Source of the DNA: Octopus bimaculoides
Taxonomy: Eukaryota
Reading direction: 5' to 3'
NCBI RefSeq assembly: GCF_001194135.2
Contig: NC_068996.1
Coordinates: 9,222,407 to 9,260,764, forward strand
Length of the DNA stretch: 38,358 nucleotides
Positions 22,881 to 34,771 of the stretch are shown in pieces; the first letter of the stretch is position 1, and every line of letters starts with the position of its first letter. The notes beneath the pieces were generated by a model. It was not told the origin of the DNA. It saw only the letters and a list, made by a program, of their open reading frames with translations, and searched no databases. Position numbers and translations under genes: made by a program.

Positions 22881-23095
22881 ATGGTGAGCTGGCAGACTCA
22901 TTAGCATACCAGGCAAAAGACTTAGCAGCATTTCACCCATCTTTATGTTCTGAGTTCAGATTCCATCGAGGTTGACTTTGCTTTTCATTCCTTTTGGGGT
23001 TGATAGAAAAAGTACCAGTTACATATTTGGGTTAATTTAGTCAACTTACACCTTACCCTAAGATTGCTAGCCCTGTGCTAAAATCTGAAACCAAT
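22881..23095 (+). mobile_element. SINE family B (diverged)
   Basis: GGTGAGCTGGCAGA head and GTTGACTTTGCTTTTCATTCC core. Confidence 0.85.
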
Positions 23096-23111
23096 TATTT
23101 ACCAATAAAAG

Positions 23112-23270
23112 TGCAGGCATGGCTATCCAGTTTGATAAGTTGTCTTCTTACCACTTGGTTTCAAGTTCAGTCCTACTGCACGGTACCTTGGACAAGAGTC
23201 TTCTACTATAGCCTTGGGTCAAACAAAACTTCCTGAGTGGATTTGGTTGGCAGAAGCTGAAAGGAGCTGT
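23112..23270 (+). mobile_element. Diverged SINE family A 5' half
   Basis: GTTCAGTCCTACTG...GTCTTCTACTATAGCC...GTGGATTTGGT. Confidence 0.75.
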
Positions 23271-23617
23271 TGTGCTAATGATGCCTAATGCGGCAGAAAC
23301 ACATTCACAGCTGTCCATATTTCCAAAAACAAATCAATCTGTCTTTTTCTTAATGACATACCAATATTGAAGGTTTCTTGATTTTTTTTGACAGTATTAC
23401 TTCTCTTTTGGTTCTAATTGCCACCAAGCAGTTGTCTACCTCCCCGGAAAGTAACATAATTTCAAAAAATTATTAATTTATGTTGTTTCGTATTTAGTAT
23501 ACCCTTAATTGTCTTGCTCAAATACACGCCACTGGGTACTCTGAATCATTTCTCTAAGCTCACTTATATTTATTTCATTTATGCAAATTACCTGGGCTAT
23601 GAATACATTTTCTCTCT

Positions 23618-23958
23618 CCCTTTACTCTTACTCTTTTATTTGTTTCAGTCATTTGACTGCAGCCATGCTGGAGCACCACCTTTAGTCAAGCAAATCAACC
23701 CCGGGACTTATTCTTTGTAAGCCTAGTACTTATTCTATCGGTCTCTAATGCCGAACCGCTAAGTGACGGGGACATAAACACACCAGCATCGGTTTTCAAG
23801 CAATGCTAGGGGGACAAACACAGACACACAAACACACACACACACATATATACATATATACGACTGGCTTCTTTCAGTTTCCGTCTACCAAATCCACTCA
23901 CAAGGCTTTGGTTGGCCCGAGGCTATAGTAGAAGACACTTGCCCAATGTGCCACGCAA
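23618..23958 (-). mobile_element. SINE family A lacking the tRNA head
   Basis: Tail and body match; ends at GCCACGCAAGTG. Confidence 0.92.
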
Positions 23959-24257
23959 GTGCCCCCCCCCCTGCAAAATACAAGCTAGAACATGCTGTAC
24001 AGATGTCTATTGAGGATGAAATACATATAAACAATTTCTTATGTTTAGGCAATCAGACTATCTTTTATTTAAAGGCATATCAGTTTTAGAGAATTCTTGA
24101 TCCTTGAGCTTAGCACCCTTTCTCATCTGAAGTTGGTAAAATTTTCCACCAAACAACTCATCTGTCCTCTCTGGAACCCAAAATATTTTCATTAAATCAA
24201 GAATTAATCTTGTATGGTATTTAATATACCCTTATCTGTGTCTATTGTTTGTATAGA

Positions 24258-24642
24258 GGCACAGGAGTGGCTGTGTGGTAAGTAGCTTGCTTACCAACCA
24301 CACGGTTCCAGGTTCAGTCCCACTGCATAGCACCTTGGGCAAGTGTCTTCTACTATAGCCTCGGGCCGACCAAAGCCTTGTCAGTGGATTTGGTAGACGG
24401 AAACTGAAAGAAGCCCGTCATATATATGTATATATATGTTTGTGTGTCTGTGTTTGGTCCCCCCATCGTCGCTTGACAACCGATGGTGGTGTGTTTACGT
24501 CCCCATAATTTAGTGTTTCGGCAAAAGAGACCGATAGAATAAGTACTAGGCTTCCAAAGAATAAGTCCTGGGGTCAATTTGCTTGACTAAAGGCGGTGCT
24601 CCAGCATGGCCACAGTCAAATGATTGAAACAACTAAAAGAGT
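24258..24642 (+). mobile_element. SINE family A, full length
   Basis: GGCACAGGAGTGGCTGTGTGGTAAG...GGTTCAGTCCC...GAAACAACTAAAAGAG. Confidence 0.96.
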
Positions 24643-24748
24643 ATATATTCCACTGATCTCTCTGACTTATTCCTTTTAACTCATTTTCATTTCTCTTGTA
24701 TATACATATATGTATGCAAATCTCTCTCTCTATGTATATATGTATTTG

Positions 24749-24979
24749 AAAAAACACGTCAAGCTTAGTGAAATCACAGTCGTGGCCAGTACGAGTGACA
24801 CATAAAAGGCACCCAGTACACTCTGTAAAGTGGTTGGCATTAGGAAGGGCATCCAGCCACAGAAACTAAGCCAAAACAGACTGGAGCCTGGTGCAGCTTT
24901 CTGGTTTACCAGCCCCAGTCAGACTGTCTAACCTATGCCAGCATGGAAAACAGATACTAAATGATGATGATGATGATGA

Positions 24980-24982
<3 letters not shown>
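24749..24982 (+). mobile_element. Family C retroposon
   Basis: GTGGTTGGCATTAGGAAGGGCATCCAGCC and (GAT)n tail. Confidence 0.85.
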
Positions 24983-25021
<39 letters not shown>

Positions 25022-25797
25022 TGCAAACTGGACAATGGGGTTAGATGTTTGTTTTCCAACTACATGGTCCCATGTTCAATCCCATTGCATGGTACTTTTT
25101 CTTTTACTATAGCCTCAGGTCAGCTAAAATCTCATAAGTGGATTTGATAGACAGAAACTGAAGGAAGCTTGTTTGTGTGTGTGTGTGTGTGTGTGTATTC
25201 ATAGACAGATAGATAGATATATGCGTATGTGTGTGTGTATATGTGTCTGTGATTGTACACACTTGCACACACACATTTGCTTGTATGTATCTATATATAT
25301 ATGTACACATGCATACACATATGCATATATGTAAATCTCTATACCTACACGTCTGTAGGTGTGTGTGTGTGTGTAAAGATATGTATTGAAATTGTCATGG
25401 AGCTGGGTTGTTTTTGGTTTTCCATTTTTCTGTTGGCCTTCAGCATTTCAGGAAATGTGTGTATGTCTGTGTATATGTGTATGCATGTATGTGTACATGC
25501 AGGCATGTGTGTGTGCGTGCGTGTGTCCTTGTCTGCCTGACTCTGTGTTTGTCTGTTGGTCTGTGTGTAGGTGTGGTCACTTGAGTGCTGTGTGAAATCT
25601 GTTAGGTTATATCCTGTTTCAGAAAAACTTCATTGTATTTTCACTTCATTTAATGAGGAGGGGAAGAGACAAGGGGATGTGGGAGACAGATAGTTGGATA
25701 TATATGTATTTATATATATATTTGTTGTCCTTCCTATCAATATATATATGTATGTATGTATGTATATATATATAAATTTTTGTATGTATTCTTTTTT

Positions 25798-26202
25798 TTT
25801 TTTACTTGTTTCATTCATTTGACTGCAGCCATGCTGGGGCACCACCTTTTAGTCGAGCAAATCGACCCCAGAACTTATTCTTTGTAAGCCTAGTACTTAT
25901 TCTATCGGTCTCTTTTGCTGAACCGTCAAGTTACGGGGATGTAAACACACCAGCATCGGTTGTCAAGCGATGTTGGGGGGACAAACACAGACACACAAAC
26001 ATATACACACATACACATGCATATATATATACACATATACGACGGGCTTCTTTCAGTTTCCGTCTACCAAATCCACTCACAAGGCTTTGGTCGGCCCGAG
26101 GCTATAGTAGAAGACACTTGCCCAAGATGCCGCGCAGTGGGACTGAACCCGGGACCATGTGGTTGGTAAGCAAGCTACTTACCACACAGCCACTCCTATG
26201 CC
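25798..26202 (-). mobile_element. SINE family A, full length
   Basis: Close match to other copies. Confidence 0.96.
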
Positions 26203-26413
26203 TATATNNNNNNNNNNNNNNNNNNNNNNNNNNNNNNNNNNNNNNNNNNNNNNNNNNNNNNNNNNNNNNNNNNNNNNNNNNNNNNNNNNNNNNNNNNNNN
26301 NNNNNNNNNNNNNNNNNNNNNNNNNNNNNNNNNNNNNNNNNNNNNNNNNNNNNNNNNNNNNNNNNNNNNNNNNNNNNNNNNNNNNNNNNNNNNNNNNNNN
26401 NNNNNNNNNNNNN

Positions 26414-26445
<32 letters not shown>

Positions 26446-26872
26446 TTATATTCTGCTATGCATATGTTGCTTTTAACTGCTGTATCACTCTTTCTCTCTC
26501 TCTTCCCTTTGTCTCTCTCTTCCCTTTCTCTCTATTTTTCGATTTTGTTCTCAGTGTGTGTGTGTGTGTGCCTACATTTATATATATATATATATAAAGA
26601 TAGATAGATAGATAGACCAGCAGATAAATAGATAGAATCCTCATTCTTCATCTATTTTTCAATTTTTTTTTTTTTCTGAACTATATCCCCTTTCTCTCAC
26701 TCAACACACACACGCATACACAGATTTGTTTTTTCCATTCTATAAACTTGCATTTCACTTTGGCCACTTACAGAATTCGTCTGCCTATTTTGTTTAACAT
26801 GGACACTCACTCAGCACTCATACATGCACCTAAGTTTATGTTTGTGTCTGTCTCTCAGTATGCATGTCTGTA

Positions 26873-26924
<52 letters not shown>

Positions 26925-28574
26925 GACACACACATACCTACATGAATATATATATACACACTTATACATACATGAATGTGTGTGTATGTATGTATAATTC
27001 ATATATTTTTTTTTATGTAAAATATTTGTGTATCTGTCTGTCTGTCTGTCTGTGTAGCTTTATTTGGAATAATAACCACTCAACTTGGAAACATTTTTGT
27101 TATTGTTATGGAAGTGTGTGTGTGTAGTGGTGGCATGCTATTATTGTTATTCATACATTTATGATAGAAACAGTGTTAGTAGAATGTTAGTATAGAGATG
27201 ATATTATAGGTCTGCAATATCAGGGTGTGGTCCTACTTTGATATGTATAGTTTGGTTGGTTGCTTGTTGCCAGACAGCAAACTATCTTGTGGAGAAAGCT
27301 TGTGATAAAGTAGGGTGTGGCATGTTGTTCTTATGTGACCAGACAAACATCACCAACTCAGCCACCAGTAGTACTTATATACACACGCGCACACACACAC
27401 GCGTACACATACGCACTTGTGCACACTCATATACAAATGTGTGCGTGTGTGTATATATATATATTTATTTATACATATATACCTAGATATATGTATACGT
27501 AAATATATANNNNNNNNNNNNNNNNNNNNNNNNNNNNNNNNNNNNNNNNNNNNNNNNNNNNNNNNNNNNNNNNNNNNNNNNNNNNNNNNNNNNNNNNNNN
27601 NNNNNNNNNNNNNNNNNNNNNNNNNNNNNNNNNNNNNNNNNNNNNNNNNNNNNNNNNNNNNNNNNNNNNNNNNNNNNNNNNNNNNNNNNNNNNNNNNNNN
27701 NNNNNNNNNNNNNNNNNNNNNNNNNNNNNNNNNNNNNNNNNNNNNNNNNNNNNNNNNNNNNNNNNNNNNNNNNNNNNNNNNNNNNNNNNNNNNNNNNNNN
27801 NNNNNNNNNNNNNNNNNNNNNNNNNNNNNNNNNNNNNNNNNNNNNNNNNNNNNNNNNNNNNNATATATATGTAGATAGATAGATATATATATCATAAATA
27901 TATACCTACATATATATACACTTACATATATATATATACATATATATACACATACAGATATATATACACACACACACACATATATATATACACATACACA
28001 TACACATACATATATAGATATATATATATATACAGAGAGAGAAATATAGATAGCCATACATAAATACATGCATATGTGCACACACATATACACTCTTCCA
28101 TGCTTACACACACACATACATTTGGAGACCTGCACCTAGTCACACACTCACCTTGTGACACACATATACATGCATTAGTGGCCACTCATACTCTCTCTCT
28201 CTTTCTTTCTCTTTCCTTTTCTGTCTCTGTCACACACACGCACACACACTCACTCACTCATACTGTCATATACATTTACATACAGAATGAAGGACATACA
28301 ATTAGTGTGTCAGATGTAAACACAGATATAGACATACTTATGCACACACACACACACACACATACAGGCACACACAAAAACACACACACACACACACGCA
28401 CACAATAATACTTGTACATAAACTCACTTATACAAATACAAATGTGTACAAACATAATTATACTGATATTTACATAAATATTCACTCAGATAACAATAAA
28501 CACACACACACACACACACACATGCACACACACATACACATACACTTAAACATTTTCTCACATTATGTGATAGC

Positions 28575-28820
28575 AAACCTCTACAAGGCCACAGCAAAGT
28601 GCTAGAAATAGCAGTCAAATTTACTCCATTTTATATATACCATGCTATCATGGAAAAGAAAGGGCACATTAATGTGTGTAATCCTAGATATGCTGTGTCT
28701 GACAGAGGTGGGGGGGGGGGAATAGCAAAAAAGAAAGCAGGATGGTAATAGTTTTGGTGAAAACTTCTCATCATGGTTCTTCTGGATCCTAGTTGACCTT
28801 GGGTTAAACAATGATGATAA
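28575..28820 (+). mobile_element. SINE-like family D
   Basis: CTAGAAATAGCAGTCAAA...GACCT(T/A)GGG..AAACA shared with 29135-29300. Confidence 0.55.
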
Positions 28821-29134
28821 TTCATACACTGTGATTGATGTATGTATTTATTACATACATACATTAGGGGACACACACACACACACACACACATACATCA
28901 GTCTCTGTCTTTACCTCTCTTTTTTTCACCCCTAACTTTCTCCCTCCTCCTAATAAATACACCATTCTTACCACATTCTCCACCGCCAGAACAACAACAA
29001 GAATAATAGAAACAATTGCAATTATATAATAATATATAAGAAAGCATCAGATTTTTGTTTTTACAGAAGGAAAACTCTTCAGAAAGTAGTGTAGCTGATG
29101 ATTTTTTTCCCATACACACACAAGGGGAAAGAAA

Positions 29135-29300
29135 CTATGCAGCCCGACAGCCCTCTAGAAATAGCAGTCAAACCTTCCTCCTCAATCATAAAGGAGAATA
29201 CACAGGATAATATAATCCCTAAATGGTATGGTCAAGACTGGAACACTTTTGATTGTAGGTTTGCTTGACATGGACTGACCTAGGGTCAAACAGTCACAGC
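29135..29300 (+). mobile_element. SINE-like family D
   Basis: Homologous to 28575-28820. Confidence 0.55.
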
Positions 29301-29499
29301 AGCAATATTGTGATCCATATTCATATTTTCTTTGACAGGGTTCAAGTTAGATTTTTTATAGTGAGCTGGTGATAACATAATGGCTTTTAATTTCTCTGAA
29401 AACTGCATCTTTGGATTAACACATACCATACCTGACAGGTATCTGTTAATTTCCCTGTAGTTAGGTGTAATATTAACATTAGCTGTTTATTATTATCAG

Positions 29500-29981
29500 T
29501 CATGGATTCTCCTGTTGTAGACGACAGATGAAGTATCGGCATTTACTTGCTGAACAACCTGCACAAATATATTTATAGTAATCAAGTGTATACGCTGTAC
29601 ATTATTAGCTCACTCCCTTCATCAAATTGATGTTACCTGTACAGGTGCACAAATGTGTCAGATGCCTTTACGTTCCGAGTTCAAATTCCGCCAAAGCTGA
29701 CTTTGCCTTTCATCCTTTCGGGGTCGATAAAATAAGTACCAGTTGCGCACTGGGGGAAGAGTCAATAAATTAAGTACCAGTTTTGTATTGAGGTCGATCT
29801 AATCGACTGCCCCCACCCCACAAACATTCGGGCCTTGTGCCTAGAGTAAAAAAGATGTTGAAATGATTACAGAGCAACATGAAATAAAGAACACAACATG
29901 CCGCCCAGTCCAGAAATTGATCCCTTGATCTAGTGATTTCAGGTACAACACTCTAACCACTAGGCCACATGCCTTCACATA
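29500..29981 (-). mobile_element. tRNA-derived SINE family E, interrupted by a family B copy
   Basis: Minus head GAAGGCATGTGGCCTAGTGGTTAGAGTG (A box); body homologous to 17380-17620. Confidence 0.7.
29665..29854 (+). mobile_element. SINE family B, 5'-truncated, nested
   Basis: CGTTCCGAGTTCAAATTCCGCC...TTTCATCCTTTCGGGGTCGATAAAATAAGTACCAG. Confidence 0.9.
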
Positions 29982-30240
29982 GGTACATGGTAAGAAGTTC
30001 TTGTTCAGTCCCACTAGTGATATGGCATCTGGGGCAAGTGTCTTCTACTATAGCCCCAGGTTAACCAGAGCCTTGTGGGTGGGTTTGGTAGATGGAAACT
30101 GAATGAAGACTGTCACATATCTATGTATATTTATATGTGTGTGTACACGTCTTTGCGTTTGTACCCCCATTTGACATCCCCATAACTTACCAGTTCGGCA
30201 AAAAAAGACCTATAAAATAAGTACCAGACTTTAAAAAAAA
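29982..30240 (+). mobile_element. Degenerate SINE family A
   Basis: GTTCAGTCCCACT...GCAAGTGTCTTCTACTATAGCC...CATAACTTACCAGTTCGGCAAAA. Confidence 0.75.
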
Positions 30241-31473
30241 AAAAAAAGTAGTTGGTGAGTACATACACATACATATTGGCACATTGAACACAATAATGAA
30301 CTGCACTTTTTTTTTCTTTTTCTTTTTGTCCTGAATCGTGTAATTAGTATAAACAAACTTATGAAGGGAAATGTATTTGGACTCATATATATNNNNNNNN
30401 NNNNNNNNNNNNNNNNNNNNNNNNNNNNNNNNNNNNNNNNNNNNNNNNNNNNNNNNNNNNTATATATATATATATATATATCTCCCCAATATTATTTTCC
30501 ATATCTTTTTTATCTTTTTGCTTGATTCAGTTGCTCAACTGCAGCCATGATGGAGCACCACCTTGAAGGGTTTTAGAGCAGATCACCTCTCCCCACCTCC
30601 ATTCTTATTTTTTTATTACTTTTTTTTTTTTTGAAGTCTATATTCATTCAGATTGTCTCTTTTCTTGAACTGTTAGGTTGTGTGGACATAAACAAACCAC
30701 TGCTGGTTGTCGAGCAGTGGTGGGAGACAAACAGCAAAGATGAACACAGATATATATATACATATAGATATATATATATATACATGCATACAGACACACA
30801 CATGCATGCATGTATACACACACATGCATACACCTACACACACACACACACACCACACGCACATACATACACACACATACTTACATATTTAGTTCAATTA
30901 ATTTGACTAAAACTTCAAGGTGGTGCCCCAGCAGGGCCACAGTCTAACGACTGAAACTAATAAAAGAAAAGATAAAAGATATATATAGACAGATTGACAG
31001 ACAGCTAGATATAGTTAGATGGACAGACAGACAGACAGACAGATTGATAGATAGATAGGCAAACAGGCTTCCACTCAGTTTTCATCCCCCAAATTCACTC
31101 ACAAGCGTATGCATTTGATGATCTTGAGTTGGGTTTGATGGGTTATTATGGGTCGTGTCAGTCCTTTCTCAGTGTTACTGTTCTCCTAGACCACCTGCAT
31201 CATGGCTAGCAAAGTCCTCATCTCATTCATACAATTTTAGCTTTGACTGAATGCCCTTCCTATCACCAAGAACTTACTTCACAGACAGTATTGGTTGCAT
31301 TCTCTTGTGCTGCTAGTTGCAATGAACCTGTTTCCTCATGCAAGGTGGACCAAAAAATCTCCCTCTACTCTGTGTCATTCAGTTCTAACTTAAAGTTACA
31401 ATCTTACTCCCCCACAAATTGGGTGGATATTGGGAATGAAGGTTCCATCTCTGATGACAAGGAAGGAATTTAA

Positions 31474-31693
31474 CCCTTTAGAATTTAGGTTCCTCTGTTA
31501 AATGTGATGCTTATTTATTCACATCATTTTGAATTACTTAAGCATTATTTTGTAACTTCCAGATTTTGATGGTGTGTTTGTTTATTTTTAAAATGACATT
31601 ATAAGGTAGGTGTACGTGGCTGGATCTGGACAGTTTGAACATAAGACATGGTCAATATTTGGGCCTGGTGTGGCTGGTTTAAATGCTGAAGGG
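31474..31693. mobile_element. piggyBac-type MITE (220 bp)
   Basis: TTAA|CCCTTTAGAATTT...AAATGCTGAAGGG|TTAA: CCC-starting TIRs (11/13 match) with TTAA duplication. Confidence 0.85.
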
Positions 31694-32003
31694 TTAAGCT
31701 ATTGGTGGTTTTTTGTCAAAATCGTTGAGAACATCAAACTGTGTTGAGAGAGTCAGGTCAGTTGGTGGACTGGTGCACACTGGCCACTAAATGCTAGTCA
31801 TCGCTGTGGTATGCATTAATTAATGTAATTAAATGGCCCATGTTTAAAATTTAATTATTTTTCATGAAAATGCTGAATTGTTTAAGACAGCAGTAAACAA
31901 TGCATAGATAGTAAAAATAAACATGTTTTTATAACCTTAGCTTTATAATATTAAATGAATAGCTTGATTTGATCACAAACAGCTAGTGACACACACTCAC
32001 ATA

Positions 32004-32210
32004 TAATAATAATACTTTCTAATATAGGTGCAAGGCCTGAAATTTGGTGGTGGGGACTAGTCGATTACTTGACCCCAATGTTTCACTGGTACTTAATTTA
32101 TCGACTTTGAAAGGATCTCAGTGAAATTTGAACTCAGAACATAGTGACAGGCGAAATATCGCTAAGCATTTTGTCCAGTGTGCCTGCAGATTCTGCCAGC
32201 TCACTGCCTT
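32004..32210 (-). mobile_element. SINE family B
   Basis: Reverse complement of the 10653-10875 pattern. Confidence 0.88.
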
Positions 32211-32220
32211 AATCATAATA

Positions 32221-32442
32221 ATAACAATCCTTTGTATTATAGGCACAAGGCCTGAAATTTGAGAGGAGGGGGCCAGTCAATTAGATCGACGCCAGTATGC
32301 AACTGGTACTTAATTTATCAACCCCGAAAGAATGAAAGACAAAGTCAACCATGGTGGAATCTGAACTTTGAACATAGCAAGAGGCGAAGTACCGCTAAGC
32401 ATTTCATCCGGCACGCTAACCATTCTGCCAGCTCGACATCTT
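32221..32442 (-). mobile_element. SINE family B
   Basis: Reverse complement of the 10653-10875 pattern. Confidence 0.9.
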
Positions 32443-32460
32443 AATAATAATAATAATAAC

Positions 32461-32675
32461 CCTGTAGTTATAGGACTATCCCTAAAGATTTGAACAGATG
32501 GATAGAGGAAATAGGTATAAAGCCTAGTTTAGTGCAACTCCAGAAAACAGTGTTATTAGGGACAGCTAGAGTACTTGGGAAGGTTCTTGGCATCTAAGGT
32601 TACTTGTTTTAACCTGATGTTAAGAGTTTTTTTGTTTTTTTTTTTCCAACAGTCTAATCTGTTGTGCATATGTGA
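32461..32675 (+). mobile_element. 3' end of an R4/Dong-like (restriction-like-endonuclease) non-LTR retrotransposon
   Basis: PVVIG/TIPKDLNRWIEEIGIKPSLVQLQKTVLLGTARVLGKVLGI* (stop 32595-32597), short 3' UTR, flanked by (AAT)n on both sides. Confidence 0.75.
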
Positions 32676-32702
32676 AATAATAATAATAATAATAATAATA
32701 AC

Positions 32703-32737
<35 letters not shown>

Positions 32738-32755
32738 TAATAATAATAATAATAA
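32676..32755. repeat. (AAT)n microsatellite
   Basis: Direct reading. Confidence 0.97.
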
Positions 32756-32905
32756 CCCTTCCCACTATAGGCACAAGGCCTGAAGGTTTGTGGGAGGAGG
32801 TTGTTTACATCGACCCAATGCTAAAATGGTGCTTATTTCATCAACGTCAAGAGAATGAAAGGCAAAGTTGACCTAAGTGAAATTTGAACTCAGAACATAA
32901 AGATG
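32755..32905 (-). mobile_element. SINE family B, partial
   Basis: GGCACAAGGCCTGAA...GAATGAAAGGCAAAGTTGACC...AATTTGAACTCAGAAC. Confidence 0.8.
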
Positions 32906-33461
32906 GATAATCCTGGCAATTAACTTGGTAGGACTCCAGCGTATATTTGGCTCACAGAGCACACAAGAAGACTACGTTAATACTTACGATCAGTCAATTG
33001 ATTATTATATCAAGCAGGGCATGCTAACAGTTGTGTAAAGATATTAAGCATCCTGATACAACAATATATATATATATTTCGAGTTTCTTTTATTCTTTTA
33101 CTTGTTACAGTCATGTGACTGTGGCCATGCTGGGGCTTGTCATTTTTTTTTTTTTTTTGCCAAATAAATACATGCACTATATATTCTAACAGAATGGAGT
33201 AAGTGGAGCAAGAGCACACACAGAAACGAAAAGTGTCACTGAAGAGGTCACAGATGTGTGATGAAAGATTTTTGGACAGTGGACTTGAGTTAAAAATAAG
33301 AACAATAATAAACAAGTGAAGAACAAATATATAGTGCATGTGTTTATTTGGAAGAAAAAAAAATGACCATCCCAAAATACAACAATATCTGTTTCAGCAT
33401 ACAATTTCACATCAGGAATAAACATAAACGGATAAAGGTTCAGAGCATTTTTTTATTGTCT

Positions 33462-33524
33462 TAATAACTGACGAGATGACGGGGCAGATTTCCGCCCTGA
33501 CATCCAAAACTCGGAGTTTTATTA
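33462..33524 (+). ncRNA. Type I hammerhead ribozyme-like fold (probably inactive in this copy)
   Basis: Stem I UAAUAA/UUAUUA, core CUGACGA, 30-nt stem II hairpin, C-AAAAC in place of C-GAAAC, stem III ACU-CGG-AGU, cleavage triplet GUU (33516-33518). Confidence 0.65.
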
Positions 33525-33957
33525 TGGCAACCAAATAATTGTCACATATTATATTACAGATATATATATATATATATATANNNNNNNNNNNNNNNNNNNN
33601 NNNNNNNNNNNNNNNNNNNNNNNNNNNNNNNNNNNNNNNNGTTTGGATAATTTACTACTTCCAAGGTCCTGCTAGCTATGAAACATGTTTAGTTTGGATT
33701 TTATCTACTCCATTTCTTAATTTTTTAATGTTTATTTGCTTATACAACAACCCCTGTAGCTTGCCGTGAACTATAAAATGGTTTTTTCCAGCTTATTATA
33801 CTTCAATATGGGATCAATTCACAACCTTCTGCACCAATAATCCACCGTTCTTCCTGAAAGTTGTTTTTTTTATATCTCCTATGGATTGCTTGAAGCTCAT
33901 TAACTTCCTACACTTTGATCCTTGGATCTTACCTTTACATATTACTATATATATATA

Positions 33958-34300
33958 ATCATTATCATTTATTTTCCATGCTGGCTTGGGTTGGATAGTT
34001 TGGAGATAGCAAGCCAGATGACTGTACAAAGTTCCACTGTCTGCCTTGACGTGGTTTCAAAGACTGGATGCCCTTCCTAATGCCAACCACTTTACAGAGT
34101 GCTTTCTACATGGCACCAGCAGTAGCAAGATCACCAAGTAACTTGCAAAACAAAGACTGCCTTTAACTGAGATGGGAAGTAGTATTGAGGGAAGTGGCTT
34201 TGTGTCAGGTGACAAGTGGTTAAACTATGATAGAGAGACAGAAACAGGTGTCTTGCCGCAGAAGAGATACATGGCTACCCCATTTGAAAGAGAAACAGAG
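33958..34300 (-). mobile_element. Family C retroposon relic
   Basis: CTGGATGCCCTTCCTAATGCCAACCAC; GAGAGACAGAAACAGGTGTCTTGC. Confidence 0.75.
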
Positions 34301-34543
34301 AAAATGGCAGTGAAGACGTACCAGGGTGTACTCTCAAGGTACAGGGAGATGAATGTAAGTGGAGTGGTAGAGAGGATTGGGCAGGGTGAGTCATGAGAGT
34401 GTGAAAGGAGAATATATCTCCATGTTGGTATGGGCTAAATAAAACATACCAAGGTGGAGTTTTTTCTATGGCCAGATGCATTGTTTTCCTATCAACAAAC
34501 CCTAGTTGTTACTCAGGTAAGATTTTTTCTTTATCTTTTAACG

Positions 34544-34750
34544 CAGGGGTCAGGAAACTTTTTTAACGAATTACTCCTAAATATATTTATTTACACTGAC
34601 GTTAACCCTTTGATTCAAAGGGAAGAAAATCATAGATAACAAGGAACACATTTTTTATATAATTTTACTTATGTCTAATGAGTCCTTATTACCCCAAGAA
34701 TTTCATTTTTACCCCACTTGGAGTAATTTACCCTGATTCGCCGACCCCTG
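34544..34750. mobile_element. hAT-type MITE (207 bp)
   Basis: TIRs CAGGGGTCAGGAA / TTCGCCGACCCCTG; 8-bp flanks TTTTAACG and TTTTAACT (7/8). Confidence 0.8.
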
Positions 34751-34771
34751 TTTTAACTGGGCCTTACATGG

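Noticed and set aside
24258-24330. SINE heads as tRNA genes
   Set aside because: A/B boxes are present, but there is no complete cloverleaf and they run into SINE bodies
31243-31473. 76-codon ORF after a TAG acceptor
   Set aside because: It begins in a family C motif (CTGAATGCCCTTCC) and looks like retroelement relic
33792-33955. Open frame YYTSIWDQFTTFCTNNPPFFLKVVFFISPMDCLKLINFLHFDPW after TTTTTTCCAG
   Set aside because: No credible donor, it runs into a microsatellite, and its phase does not chain with the model; left unresolved
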